From positions 1 to 52,608 of IMG/VR virus record IMGVR_UViG_3300027896_000058: a stretch of 52,608 bases of DNA. The stretch is one strand, 5' to 3'. A program made the position numbers and the translations under genes. Below are positions 9,212 to 17,515 of the stretch, in pieces. The stretch comes from a virus. Lineage: Duplodnaviria > Caudoviricetes. Position 1 is the stretch's first letter, and each line of letters opens with the position of its first letter. The notes under the pieces were generated by a model, which did no database searches, was not told the origin of the DNA, and saw only the letters and a list, made by a program, of their open reading frames with translations.

Positions 9212-9778
9212 TCAGAAGGCTTCTTCGTCGGCTGGTGAGGCAGGTGTTGGCACATCACTGAAGTCATGGCATTCGATGGGCTTATTGCCTGAATTGTGCG
9301 TCCGGTCCGGGATTGGCTGGACGTTGAGCTGGAAGAACATTGGGTTCTTGGGTATGTCATCGTGGTGCTGTTGACGATTCGAGTCCTGACGGCGCTGGAC
9401 GATGAGCGTCTTGGACACGGCATGGCTGGACTTGATGGCATTGACGAGGGCAGTGAGTTCTTTGATGCTCTCGGTGTCCTTGAGTTTGCCTCTGAGCTTG
9501 CCGACTGCTTCTGCGAGTGCATCGAGTTCCCTCCGGTGATTGTCGATACTGACTTCCTGGTTGGCTGATAGCTTCTGATCAATGCGAGACATGCCTCGAT
9601 TGATCATGGCTATGCGCTTATCGTTCCACCGTTCAACGCGCATCCAGTTCTTGAGCGTGTTGAGTGGTGTGCCTGCTTCCTTAGCGATCTCACTGCACTT
9701 CTTGTCAGTGGTCATGTAGAGATCGTATGCTTTGACTTTGACTGCTGGGTTGATGTGACGGTTTTGTGTCTTGCTCAT
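9212..9778 (-). CDS. HTH protein, probable terminase small subunit
   Basis: N-terminal KAYDLYM...SEIAKEAGTPLNTLKNW...W helix-turn-helix followed by coiled-coil helices; upstream of TerL on the same strand. Confidence 0.55.
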   Translation of the reverse strand: MSKTQNRHINPAVKVKAYDLYMTTDKKCSEIAKEAGTPLNTLKNWMRVERWNDKRIAMINRGMSRIDQKLSANQEVSIDNHRRELDALAEAVGKLRGKLKDTESIKELTALVNAIKSSHAVSKTLIVQRRQDSNRQQHHDDIPKNPMFFQLNVQPIPDRTHNSGNKPIECHDFSDVPTPASPADEEAF

Positions 9779-9830
9779 GTCCGACAGAGTATCAAAACGA
9801 GCTTCCTTCCAGCAACTCGAAAAAAGAATG

Positions 9831-9860
9831 TTGACGGAAACGATGTCACGGATGTACAGT
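9831..9860 (+). promoter_or_regulatory. sigma70-like promoter
   Basis: TTGACG-18 nt-TACAGT at the start of the rightward early region. Confidence 0.55.
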
Positions 9861-9861
9861 A

Positions 9862-10365
9862 CCGACTCATGCAGTTCAGCGGGAATTGAAAACACCCGTT
9901 CAAGGACTTGAACTACGAAGCATGATAATTTCGATCTTGAACTTCGCAGGAGCGGTAAGCCGCAAGGCCCGCACAAATACTTGAATAAACGTTTTCACCT
10001 GCGAGGTTCACTTTTCAACCTCAGAACTACAGACTCAATTCTATTCGGACAAGCAGGCAACGTGTTGCAGAGTCACGACCTGGATAAGCTCAAGTGAGCG
10101 TGGTGCGAGGTAAGTCTCGGTAACAGTTTCCGCATGGGCTCGGGTTCACACCCACCTGGAGCCGGAAGGAAGACTGATAAAGCGATGGCCTTGATGAGAG
10201 GTGATACTCATCCCGAAAGTCAGTACGCTGAATAGAACGGTCGAAAGAAGAGTAATGCTCTGCTTTTCCGAAAGTCAGTATTACTCTTGCTTCTCGCAGG
10301 ATAGCGAGAGAAGAGAAGATCTGTATCTTGTGTATGTGCATCGAGAGGGTATTAACCCTCTCTCT
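9862..10365 (+). ncRNA. putative ~500-nt structured leader or ncRNA
   Basis: No credible ORF; about ten complementary helices including long-range pairs (see findings). Confidence 0.55.
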
Positions 10366-10399
10366 TTCCAATCTCTTCTTTCTTCATTCGTTCTCTTCC

Positions 10400-10434
10400 T
10401 GCATTCACTTCATATCCCAAATCTTTTGTTCTTT
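10400..10434 (+). repeat. 35-bp imperfect direct repeat, copy 2
   Basis: tgcattcacttcatatcccaaatcttttgttcttt; see 7934-7968. Confidence 0.85.
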
Positions 10435-10482
10435 TCTTTCTTTCAAACGCGGTAATAAACAACACAACAAGGAGACAGTGCC

Positions 10483-10644
10483 ATGCTACGAGACAATGCA
10501 GTAATAGACGAGTGCAAGATGCGGTGTAACGATTGCGTGTACGACGGATCCTGCGAGATCCCGGCCCAGCACATGCAGGAGATGCTGGATGAACGTACAA
10601 TCAGCATGAACTACATGATAGATACAGACACGAGGGAGTCCTGA
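10483..10644 (+). CDS. small Cys-containing protein (53 aa)
   Basis: AAGGAG RBS; MLRDNAVIDECKMRCNDCVYDGSCEIP... Confidence 0.55.
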   Translation: MLRDNAVIDECKMRCNDCVYDGSCEIPAQHMQEMLDERTISMNYMIDTDTRES

Positions 10645-10655
10645 CAAATCTTGCA

Positions 10656-10994
10656 TTGATTGTGTTGTCCATCTGGGTTGTAGAATCAACAGGTGGACAG
10701 CATCTTCAGTCTCAGTTCTCGGAAAGCATATCCGGTCACTTAATGATGAAGCCGATATTCATCAAAGACATGAACCGGATCCAGGATACCAAGTACACTT
10801 TAGAAGACCGATTCGATAAGCATAAAAGCTTTGAGATGGCTCAGAAGTATATGCGGTATTACCTTCCTAAACATTGGACGATTGAAGATGTGGCAATGCT
10901 CTGGCGATACGGGCCTGAAGGCAGGCGACACCAGAGCAAGAAGTGCAGTTATGTAAAAGCGGTGAAACGAGAATATAGGAGGTTGGTTAAGTGA
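10656..10994 (+). CDS. lysozyme-fold protein (SLT/i-type-like), start uncertain
   Basis: VES.G...G.L.MKP..IKD.NRI...YTLEDRFD..KS.EM...Y...W..GP.G...YV.AV resembles small phage lysozyme-like proteins. Confidence 0.55.
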   Translation: MIVLSIWVVESTGGQHLQSQFSESISGHLMMKPIFIKDMNRIQDTKYTLEDRFDKHKSFEMAQKYMRYYLPKHWTIEDVAMLWRYGPEGRRHQSKKCSYVKAVKREYRRLVK

Positions 10995-11791
10995 AAACGA
11001 TAATGCACAGTTATTATTTTCATACATCTGATCCAAATCAAAAGATCATGTATGAAAGAGAGATAGATGCTATTCAGAAGCAGCATCCTCGGAAGTGCTT
11101 CAATGTAATTGCAGGGAACAATTACAATCACGAAGCTGGAACAAAAGAGGTAGATCTCGAAACAGACTTCTTGTTCGACAACCAATGGAATACGACAGAG
11201 GCAAGTGGAAACGAAAGAGTGTTCGATTGGTTTGAAGAATACATTGTTAATGGAAATACCATCAAAAGAGGACACTGGCTAGAGATCACTCCTGAAATGA
11301 TTTCGATAAGACAGTCCACGTACAAGTGTCGGTACTGCGGTGCTCATTATCCAAATCATGATTCGTCCCAGGTGTTCTGTACAAAGTGTATTGATTCGCA
11401 GTCTCTGTCTTCAGGAGATCTGAATCTTTTGAGACTGAGAGCTGTGTCAGACAAGTCTCCGTTCAAAGAATTGTCTGATTACGAAAAGAAACTATTGCTT
11501 ACTATGTACAAAGAAGCACAGCTCAAAGGAAATTCAGAAAGAGCAAGAGCAAGAATTGATAGAGAGCGAGTCGAATGTCTTGAGAAAAGAGATGCAGCGA
11601 TCAAGAATGCAGAAGCAGAGTTCAATGGATGGACTTGGCTTCTCGATCATGGTGTAAATATAGACAACGTGATTTTCTACGATCACACAGGAAGATTCGG
11701 ATTCGGCTGGAGACATCCGGTTGATCCAGAAATAAGAAAGGAGTTGGAGACAGTTCTTTGCGAGTTCCCGTTCGATTACGATATTAAGTAA
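10991..11791 (+). CDS. hypothetical protein with zinc finger
   Basis: 266 aa; CRYCG...CTKC. Confidence 0.75.
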   Translation: MKTIMHSYYFHTSDPNQKIMYEREIDAIQKQHPRKCFNVIAGNNYNHEAGTKEVDLETDFLFDNQWNTTEASGNERVFDWFEEYIVNGNTIKRGHWLEITPEMISIRQSTYKCRYCGAHYPNHDSSQVFCTKCIDSQSLSSGDLNLLRLRAVSDKSPFKELSDYEKKLLLTMYKEAQLKGNSERARARIDRERVECLEKRDAAIKNAEAEFNGWTWLLDHGVNIDNVIFYDHTGRFGFGWRHPVDPEIRKELETVLCEFPFDYDIK

Positions 11792-11843
11792 ATAAACGCA
11801 GTAAGCGCGTGCCGGCGCGTAATCCGGCAGGAGAAAATCAGTT

Positions 11844-13433
11844 ATGAATCAGACACTCAGCACAGTCGAAGTCGATCAGATCGAAACCAAGTTCAACAAT
11901 CCTCGCAAGAACACAAAGGCAGATGCAGAACTGATTGAGTCAGTTCGTCAGTTCGGTGTACGAATTCCGCCCATCGTTACAAATGGCGGAGCAAAAGGAA
12001 AAGAGTACCAGCTCGTAGCAGGTGCTCGTCGCCTTAATGCGGCGATTGCAACTGGACTTCAGACGATCACGGTCATGGTTGTGGACGGTACTCCAGAAGA
12101 GATCTTTGAGTTCACGCTTTGCGAGAATGCAAATCGCAAGAGTCTCACCGTGTTTGAACAGGTGGATGCAGTGAACACGCTGATGAAGATCATCGGAGAC
12201 ATGGATCTCGTTGCAGAGAGATTGTCCATGACAGTTCCGGAGCTTCGTCGCTTGTTGCTTGTGAACAAGATCTCGAAAGGAATCAAACAGTTGATCATCG
12301 AGAATGACGGAGTATTCGCTACGTTGTCGTTGAACTGCCTGGCAGTCATCGCGGCATTGCCCGAGGATCAACAGCAGGATCTGTTTGAGTCTTGGACGTA
12401 CGATGCTCCGGAGAACATCACGGTCAAGTCGTTGAAAGAGTATCTCAACAATAGGTACAGGTTCGATCTGTCCGGTGCGAAGTGGGCTCTTGAAGATGAT
12501 GCGCTTGGTGGTATTGAAGCATGCACAACATGCAAGAAGCAGACTGGCAATGCAAAGCAGGCTGTTCTCTTCGATGAAGATGCGAAGTCAAAGAAAGGCG
12601 TGTGCATGGATCCTGAGTGCTGGAAGAAGAAGACAATCGCGTTCGCGAAGTTGATGGTCGATTCTCACATGACTGCAAATGCAGATTCAGTGATCGTTGA
12701 CTACACAGGCAAGATCAAAAAAGATGCGAGCTACCTTCCGGCAAAGTTCACGAAGGACGAAAAGGGTAAGATCAGCGTGATCGAAGTCGGACGTGATGGC
12801 CAGGTGAAGACGTACAAAGCGAAACTTGAGAAAGGTGAGAAGCTCGATGCTGGCAAGAAGAAGTCAGAAACAATAGACAAGACCAAGCAGTTGCATGGTC
12901 TTCGCATCGGAATCGTGCTCAAGAAAATGCAGGAGTATCTGATCACTCCGGCAGCAGCTTCATATGTCATGGACACTGCAACGACTTCATCGCTTACCGC
13001 GTTGTCCGTGATGAACAGGCAACAGCAGGTTCAATTCAACGAGCCTGATAAGGCGCATGAGGATCTTACCGACGGTAAAGATGTTCTGTTCTCTGTCGGA
13101 TACGGTGGAGAAGAGATCAAGGGTAGCATCGAAGCGGTTCTTTGGCATCAGACAAAGAATTCTTTGGCTGACAACCTGGGATTCAGCAACAGTTCAACAG
13201 CGGCGAATCGCGAGGACTATGCGCAATGGCTGGCAACGTACACAGGCTTCAAGTTCGATGATGCTTTCAGGGAAGCAAAGATCGAGAAGCCTGATCCGAA
13301 AGTGAAGGAAGTTGCTGAAGTGGATCCGAAGCTTGGAAAGGAAAAGATCAAAGCTGAGAAGAAGTCGAAGAAGCCTGCAAAGAAAGTGGACAAGATCAAG
13401 AAAGGAACAGTGACAGACGCAGCTCCGTTCTGA
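11844..13433 (+). CDS. ParB/RepB/Spo0J-family protein
   Basis: NPRK...ELIESVRQFGVRIPPIV...LVAGARRL...ENANRKSL, then an HTH and CTTC...CMDPECW. Confidence 0.9.
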   Translation: MNQTLSTVEVDQIETKFNNPRKNTKADAELIESVRQFGVRIPPIVTNGGAKGKEYQLVAGARRLNAAIATGLQTITVMVVDGTPEEIFEFTLCENANRKSLTVFEQVDAVNTLMKIIGDMDLVAERLSMTVPELRRLLLVNKISKGIKQLIIENDGVFATLSLNCLAVIAALPEDQQQDLFESWTYDAPENITVKSLKEYLNNRYRFDLSGAKWALEDDALGGIEACTTCKKQTGNAKQAVLFDEDAKSKKGVCMDPECWKKKTIAFAKLMVDSHMTANADSVIVDYTGKIKKDASYLPAKFTKDEKGKISVIEVGRDGQVKTYKAKLEKGEKLDAGKKKSETIDKTKQLHGLRIGIVLKKMQEYLITPAAASYVMDTATTSSLTALSVMNRQQQVQFNEPDKAHEDLTDGKDVLFSVGYGGEEIKGSIEAVLWHQTKNSLADNLGFSNSSTAANREDYAQWLATYTGFKFDDAFREAKIEKPDPKVKEVAEVDPKLGKEKIKAEKKSKKPAKKVDKIKKGTVTDAAPF

Positions 13434-13504
13434 ATGTCATAAACTAATGGGATAATATCCCATTGACGAAACCTCTTCGGCCATGGTCGAAGGGTCTTTC
13501 AGTA

Positions 13505-13987
13505 ATGCGCTATCTGAAACTGATGAGTCTTGCGCATGCAGTAAACAAGGAGAGTGCCATGAGTATATGTTCACGACACAATACAAGCAAATGCCCGGGC
13601 GCATACGCGCAATGTGAAAAGTTCTGTTCTGTCTTTCAAGCAATCAACGTGCTCGATAAGGTTCGCGAAGAACCTCCGATTGCACGCAACACGGATCCTG
13701 AGTCCTCGCACATCGCGGCGAAGGACATCAAAGATTCTGGAAGACAGATGATGCAACAGATCGAGTGCTTGTACTTGGTCAGAGAGTTCCCAGGATTAAC
13801 GTCCAGAGAACTTGCTGAGAAAAAAGGTGCAGATCGTTACATGTTCTCTCGCAGATTGCCTGAGCTTGAACGAAACGGCATGGTAGAACGCGCAAGGAAT
13901 CCGGACGGAAGTTTTCTTCTACGAGTATGCAATGTCGGTGGAAAGAAATCCTGCGTTTGGTTCCCGAAGGGGGTTGACGGTCAGTAA
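13505..13987 (+). CDS. winged-helix DNA-binding protein
   Basis: ARNTDPESSHIAA...PGLTSRELAE...RRLPELERNGMV. Confidence 0.7.
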   Translation: MRYLKLMSLAHAVNKESAMSICSRHNTSKCPGAYAQCEKFCSVFQAINVLDKVREEPPIARNTDPESSHIAAKDIKDSGRQMMQQIECLYLVREFPGLTSRELAEKKGADRYMFSRRLPELERNGMVERARNPDGSFLLRVCNVGGKKSCVWFPKGVDGQ

Positions 13988-14014
13988 CAAATTCGATACA
14001 GCAAAGGAGGGTCA

Positions 14015-14524
14015 GTGAAGAGATTAATTGAAACACAAAGAACAAGGATAAGAGATCAACTTTCATGGATACGAGTCTCAGATCCAGATTGCGTCCTCGC
14101 AAAGAGGCGCGTCTGGATCAACGAGGAAGCATCCACGAAGACGGTTTCGATACACGATGAAAACGACACGCTTTTCATTCGCTACAATCGCAACTTTGTT
14201 CAGAAGCTTTCTGGAAAAGACATATATCATGTACTTATTCATGAAGCCGAACACATCAAGCGATGCCATTCAGATAGATGCGGACATATTGTTGAACTGC
14301 TATCGAAAGAAGAGATCGTTCGGATGTTCAACATCGGAGCGGATCTTGAAATCAACCAAGAAATAAAGTGTCTTGGTAATGCAGTTCAAGTCGGAAAGGG
14401 AACATACGACAAGTATCAGGCAGGATTAACAGCAGAACAGTATTTCGTCTGCGTCTTGCATGATAGAATCGAACACGAGAAAGTAAAGGAGTCGTTGAAA
14501 TGCGCAAGAAAACCAAGCAAATAA
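14015..14524 (+). CDS. DUF2201-N-like zincin metallopeptidase domain protein
   Basis: YNRNFV...LIHEAEHI...FNIGADLEINQ...GLTAEQY. Confidence 0.7.
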   Translation: MKRLIETQRTRIRDQLSWIRVSDPDCVLAKRRVWINEEASTKTVSIHDENDTLFIRYNRNFVQKLSGKDIYHVLIHEAEHIKRCHSDRCGHIVELLSKEEIVRMFNIGADLEINQEIKCLGNAVQVGKGTYDKYQAGLTAEQYFVCVLHDRIEHEKVKESLKCARKPSK

Positions 14525-14682
14525 CATTCACAAAAAAAGACTGTATCTTTTTGATGACAGTGGCAGCTGCATCTGCTTTGGATACAGCAGAAGAGGTTGG
14601 AATTCCTCCTGATGTAATTAGAAAAGATGCAGCAGAAATCACTGCAAAATTAGTAATGAAACTTTTCAAGGAAGGAGTATAA
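14500..14682 (+). CDS. small hypothetical protein
   Basis: 60-aa ORF coupled to its neighbours. Confidence 0.55.
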   Translation: MRKKTKQITFTKKDCIFLMTVAAASALDTAEEVGIPPDVIRKDAAEITAKLVMKLFKEGV

Positions 14683-15600
14683 ATGCCTCAGTACACAAAC
14701 AAGAAACAGCTCAGTGCGAGCTGGCTCAAAGCGGCAAAGACCAGCAACGAAGAATACAACAAAGTAGGCTGGCATTCGGTCACGACATTGATTGATTCTC
14801 CTCGGGCAAAGTTGCTCGCTGAGCGTCATGACAGTGAGATCTCAGTGGACATAAGCGATTCGATATTCCAGATCTTGGGTTCAGCAGTTCACAAGATTTT
14901 GGAGTTGTCGGCAGAGCCGAACGTCATCACCGAGCAACGGATAATCTTTCCAGTACTCAGAAAGGAAGTAAGCATGAAGGCAGACCGGATCGAGCCGGTT
15001 CCAGGCACGCTTCCTCGTCAGTACATCGGGAAAGATTACAAGATCACAAAGGTCTGGGCGTGGCGCTACGGAGCCAAGCCTGCCCAGATCGCACAGGCGA
15101 ACTGTTACAGGTTCGGGTATTCGCGCGAAATGAAGTTGGACATACGCGCATGGTATCTCGAAATGCTTCTGAGAGATTGGAGTCCTCTCGAAGCAAAGAA
15201 AGGTGGAGAACAATATCCAGATGCAGAAGTCATGTCAGTGCAGGTTCCGTTGTGGGATCTGCCGATGACAGCAAGGTATCTGAAAGATCGAGTCAAGTTG
15301 TTCATGGAATGCGAGGATCTGGCAGATGATGATCTGCCTGAGTGCAATCCAGAAGAGACATGGCAACGTCCCGACAGCTGGGCGTTTCAGAAGAGAGGAG
15401 CAGCACGCGCAAGTCGTGTGTTGAGCACGAAGGAAGAAGCAGATGCGATGCTTGCAGGAAAGAGTGGGACACATGAAGTTGTGTTCCGGCCGGGGTCTTG
15501 TCCTCGGTGTGAAGAGTACTGCAACGCAAAGAAGTTCTGCAATCAGTGGAAACGATACGCAGGTATCAAGGAAGAAAAGACAGAAGAGGAGGCGTTCTAA
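14683..15600 (+). CDS. Cas4-like PD-(D/E)XK exonuclease
   Basis: GSAVHKILE, EQRI, KADR, DYKIT, Q.N.Y and C-terminal RCEEYC...FC cysteine cluster; near the ERF gene. Confidence 0.8.
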   Translation: MPQYTNKKQLSASWLKAAKTSNEEYNKVGWHSVTTLIDSPRAKLLAERHDSEISVDISDSIFQILGSAVHKILELSAEPNVITEQRIIFPVLRKEVSMKADRIEPVPGTLPRQYIGKDYKITKVWAWRYGAKPAQIAQANCYRFGYSREMKLDIRAWYLEMLLRDWSPLEAKKGGEQYPDAEVMSVQVPLWDLPMTARYLKDRVKLFMECEDLADDDLPECNPEETWQRPDSWAFQKRGAARASRVLSTKEEADAMLAGKSGTHEVVFRPGSCPRCEEYCNAKKFCNQWKRYAGIKEEKTEEEAF

Positions 15601-16154
15601 TGGCATGTTCAGAAGCATACAAGAAGAAGATCATCGCTCTATACAAGATCCGAAAGGAAATTGAAGAGTCTGGTGACAGGTGGGCATCGAGGGAATACGC
15701 GGGCAAGGGAACGGAAGCAGGTTTCATCCAGAAGCAGTACTTCTGGAACATCGAGAAGCCAAACGACCGTGACATGTCTGACAAGCAGAAGGCAGTGATA
15801 GACCAACTGGTTGCTCAGTACATCACTGGCAATCCGAACACAGTGCCATCTGTCGAGGACGATCCGATACCAGACGATCCGATTCCTTCCGATACTGAGG
15901 TTTTGAATTGGCTCAACGGAGTCTCTGCAAAACCAACAGATGAAGGATGGGTCATCTACATCAACGACATCCAGGCAGGATTCCCGTTGACGTTGATTCA
16001 CGCCAAAGTTGTTGGCGACTGGTTGCATCGCAGTGTCGAGTACATGATGCTTGCGATGAAGTACGCTGACAAGTTCAAGGACAAGTTGCCCCCTCGGACA
16101 ACAGAAGATCCAGCGGACTCGGAAGCAGTAGTGAGCGAAGATGAACCGTTCTAG
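15600..16154 (+). CDS. hypothetical protein with acidic C-terminal tail
   Basis: TAATG coupling; ends SEDEPF. Confidence 0.7.
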   Translation: MACSEAYKKKIIALYKIRKEIEESGDRWASREYAGKGTEAGFIQKQYFWNIEKPNDRDMSDKQKAVIDQLVAQYITGNPNTVPSVEDDPIPDDPIPSDTEVLNWLNGVSAKPTDEGWVIYINDIQAGFPLTLIHAKVVGDWLHRSVEYMMLAMKYADKFKDKLPPRTTEDPADSEAVVSEDEPF

Positions 16155-16163
16155 GAGGATGGC

Positions 16164-16349
16164 ATGACAAAGAAGAGATCAGTTCTGAATGGACACGACA
16201 TGTTGCAAGCGTTGAACAACTTCAAGATCAAGGCTCAGGCCGACAACTTGAAGACAGGGTTCAATGCAAATGAAGTCGGAGTTCATGAGTTCGATGACGG
16301 AAGCAAGATCAGCGTAAGCGTGGTAGCGTGGTTTGAGAAAAAGCAGTAA
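16164..16349 (+). CDS. small hypothetical protein
   Basis: AGGAGG RBS. Confidence 0.65.
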   Translation: MTKKRSVLNGHDMLQALNNFKIKAQADNLKTGFNANEVGVHEFDDGSKISVSVVAWFEKKQ

Positions 16350-16368
16350 CAAGAAAGGTATAGCGGCT

Positions 16369-17283
16369 ATGGCACAGATACATGAAGCAATGATCGAGAT
16401 CACAAGGGACGTTCAGGCAATCGGCAAAGACAGTCAGAACGTGACACAGGGATTCAAGTTCCGAGGGATCGACGCAGTGATGAACGAACTGCATCCGATC
16501 TTCGCCAAGCATGGCGTGGTGATCCTTCCCGAAGTCGTGGAAGACCGGACAGAAGAACGGCAGGCGCGCAACGGTGGCAACCTGATATACCGGATCCTCA
16601 AGACTCGGTTTCATTTCGTTGCAGCTGATGGCTCGGAGATCTCCTCGGTGATCCTGTCGGAAGGCATGGACTCGGGAGACAAGGCAGTCAACAAGGCGCT
16701 GGCAGTGGGACTCAAGTACGCCCTCACCCAGATGCTCCTGTTGCCCTATGATGAGGTGGATCCGGACTCGGAAAGCCATGATGTGGCGCCCAAGGGTCAG
16801 GTAAAGCAGCCTCAGAAGGCTCAGGAACCTGCTAAAACAGCTCCAGCAGCCCCTAAAACGGCTCCAAAAGCTCAGGGAGGTACAAAGACCGCCCCCCCTG
16901 CAACAAAACCGGTTGTAGAGGCTCCTAGGGCCATAGAAACGCCAAAGGACGACCTGGACATGGGAAAGCCGGTTGACAGGCCGAACATGAGCCCGCCCAA
17001 GGCAGCGGACAAGGGTGAGAAGATCGTGAACGTGGTCAATGGCAAGGCGACAGAGGTCAAGCCTCCCTACGGCCTGCCGAACACAGGTTCACCGATCATC
17101 AGCGCCGGCACGAAGGCGAAGATCATAGCCGCATTCGCGAAGCACAACATCGCAGAACAGTGGTTGATGACCTACTCAGGGTTCCCTGTCGATCAGTGGA
17201 CAGAGGACATGAAGGTGTACGCCCTGGCAGATTACAAGGCGCTTGAAGGTGGCATGAAGCCGATCGACATCTTCGGGTCGTAG
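16369..17283 (+). CDS. erf: ERF-family ssDNA-annealing protein
   Basis: IGKDSQN..QGFKFRGIDAVMNELHPIFAKHGV...DGSEI...EGMDSGDKAVNKA...KYAL...DPD. Confidence 0.9.
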   Translation: MAQIHEAMIEITRDVQAIGKDSQNVTQGFKFRGIDAVMNELHPIFAKHGVVILPEVVEDRTEERQARNGGNLIYRILKTRFHFVAADGSEISSVILSEGMDSGDKAVNKALAVGLKYALTQMLLLPYDEVDPDSESHDVAPKGQVKQPQKAQEPAKTAPAAPKTAPKAQGGTKTAPPATKPVVEAPRAIETPKDDLDMGKPVDRPNMSPPKAADKGEKIVNVVNGKATEVKPPYGLPNTGSPIISAGTKAKIIAAFAKHNIAEQWLMTYSGFPVDQWTEDMKVYALADYKALEGGMKPIDIFGS

Positions 17284-17290
17284 CAAATAG

Positions 17291-17324
17291 GGGCGGGAGG
17301 GCGTTCCTCTCGCCCTTTTCTTTT
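17291..17324 (+). terminator. intrinsic terminator
   Basis: GGGCGGGAGG...CCTCTCGCCC followed by TTTTCTTTT. Confidence 0.75.
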
Positions 17325-17325
17325 C

Positions 17326-17505
17326 ATGAAAACGAAATTTCACATCTGTTCGGACTCAGGAATTCACAGGCTTTGTGTCGCGTGCTTCCACTCGGAAGAT
17401 CATGTGAAGTGCGAGAACAAAGACGACTTCGGAACTTGTGCTGATGGTCACTGGTGCAAGCTCATGAAGAAAGAACAAACCTGCAACTGCATCGAAATAG
17501 AATAG
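17326..17505 (+). CDS. small Cys/His-rich protein (59 aa)
   Basis: Own translation MKTKFHICSDSGIHRLCVACFHSEDHVKC...CNCIEIE, with 8 Cys. Confidence 0.55.
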   Translation: MKTKFHICSDSGIHRLCVACFHSEDHVKCENKDDFGTCADGHWCKLMKKEQTCNCIEIE

Positions 17506-17515
17506 GGGAAAAACA

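Noticed and set aside
9779-9976. N-terminal extension of the 254-aa ORF in the track
   Set aside because: Overlaps the divergent promoter and structured RNA; the HTH begins just after Met at 9778.
10188-10222. Hammerhead-like TGATGAG...GAAA
   Set aside because: The core reads TTGATGA rather than CTGATGA, GATGAG is itself paired with CTCATC, and stems I and III cannot be built.
14683-15600. Cas4 as a sign of a CRISPR system
   Set aside because: No cas1/cas2 or array; the ERF context indicates a recombination exonuclease.
15856-15887. Short tandem duplication (DDPIPDDPIP)
   Set aside because: Two-copy low-complexity linker with no evident function.
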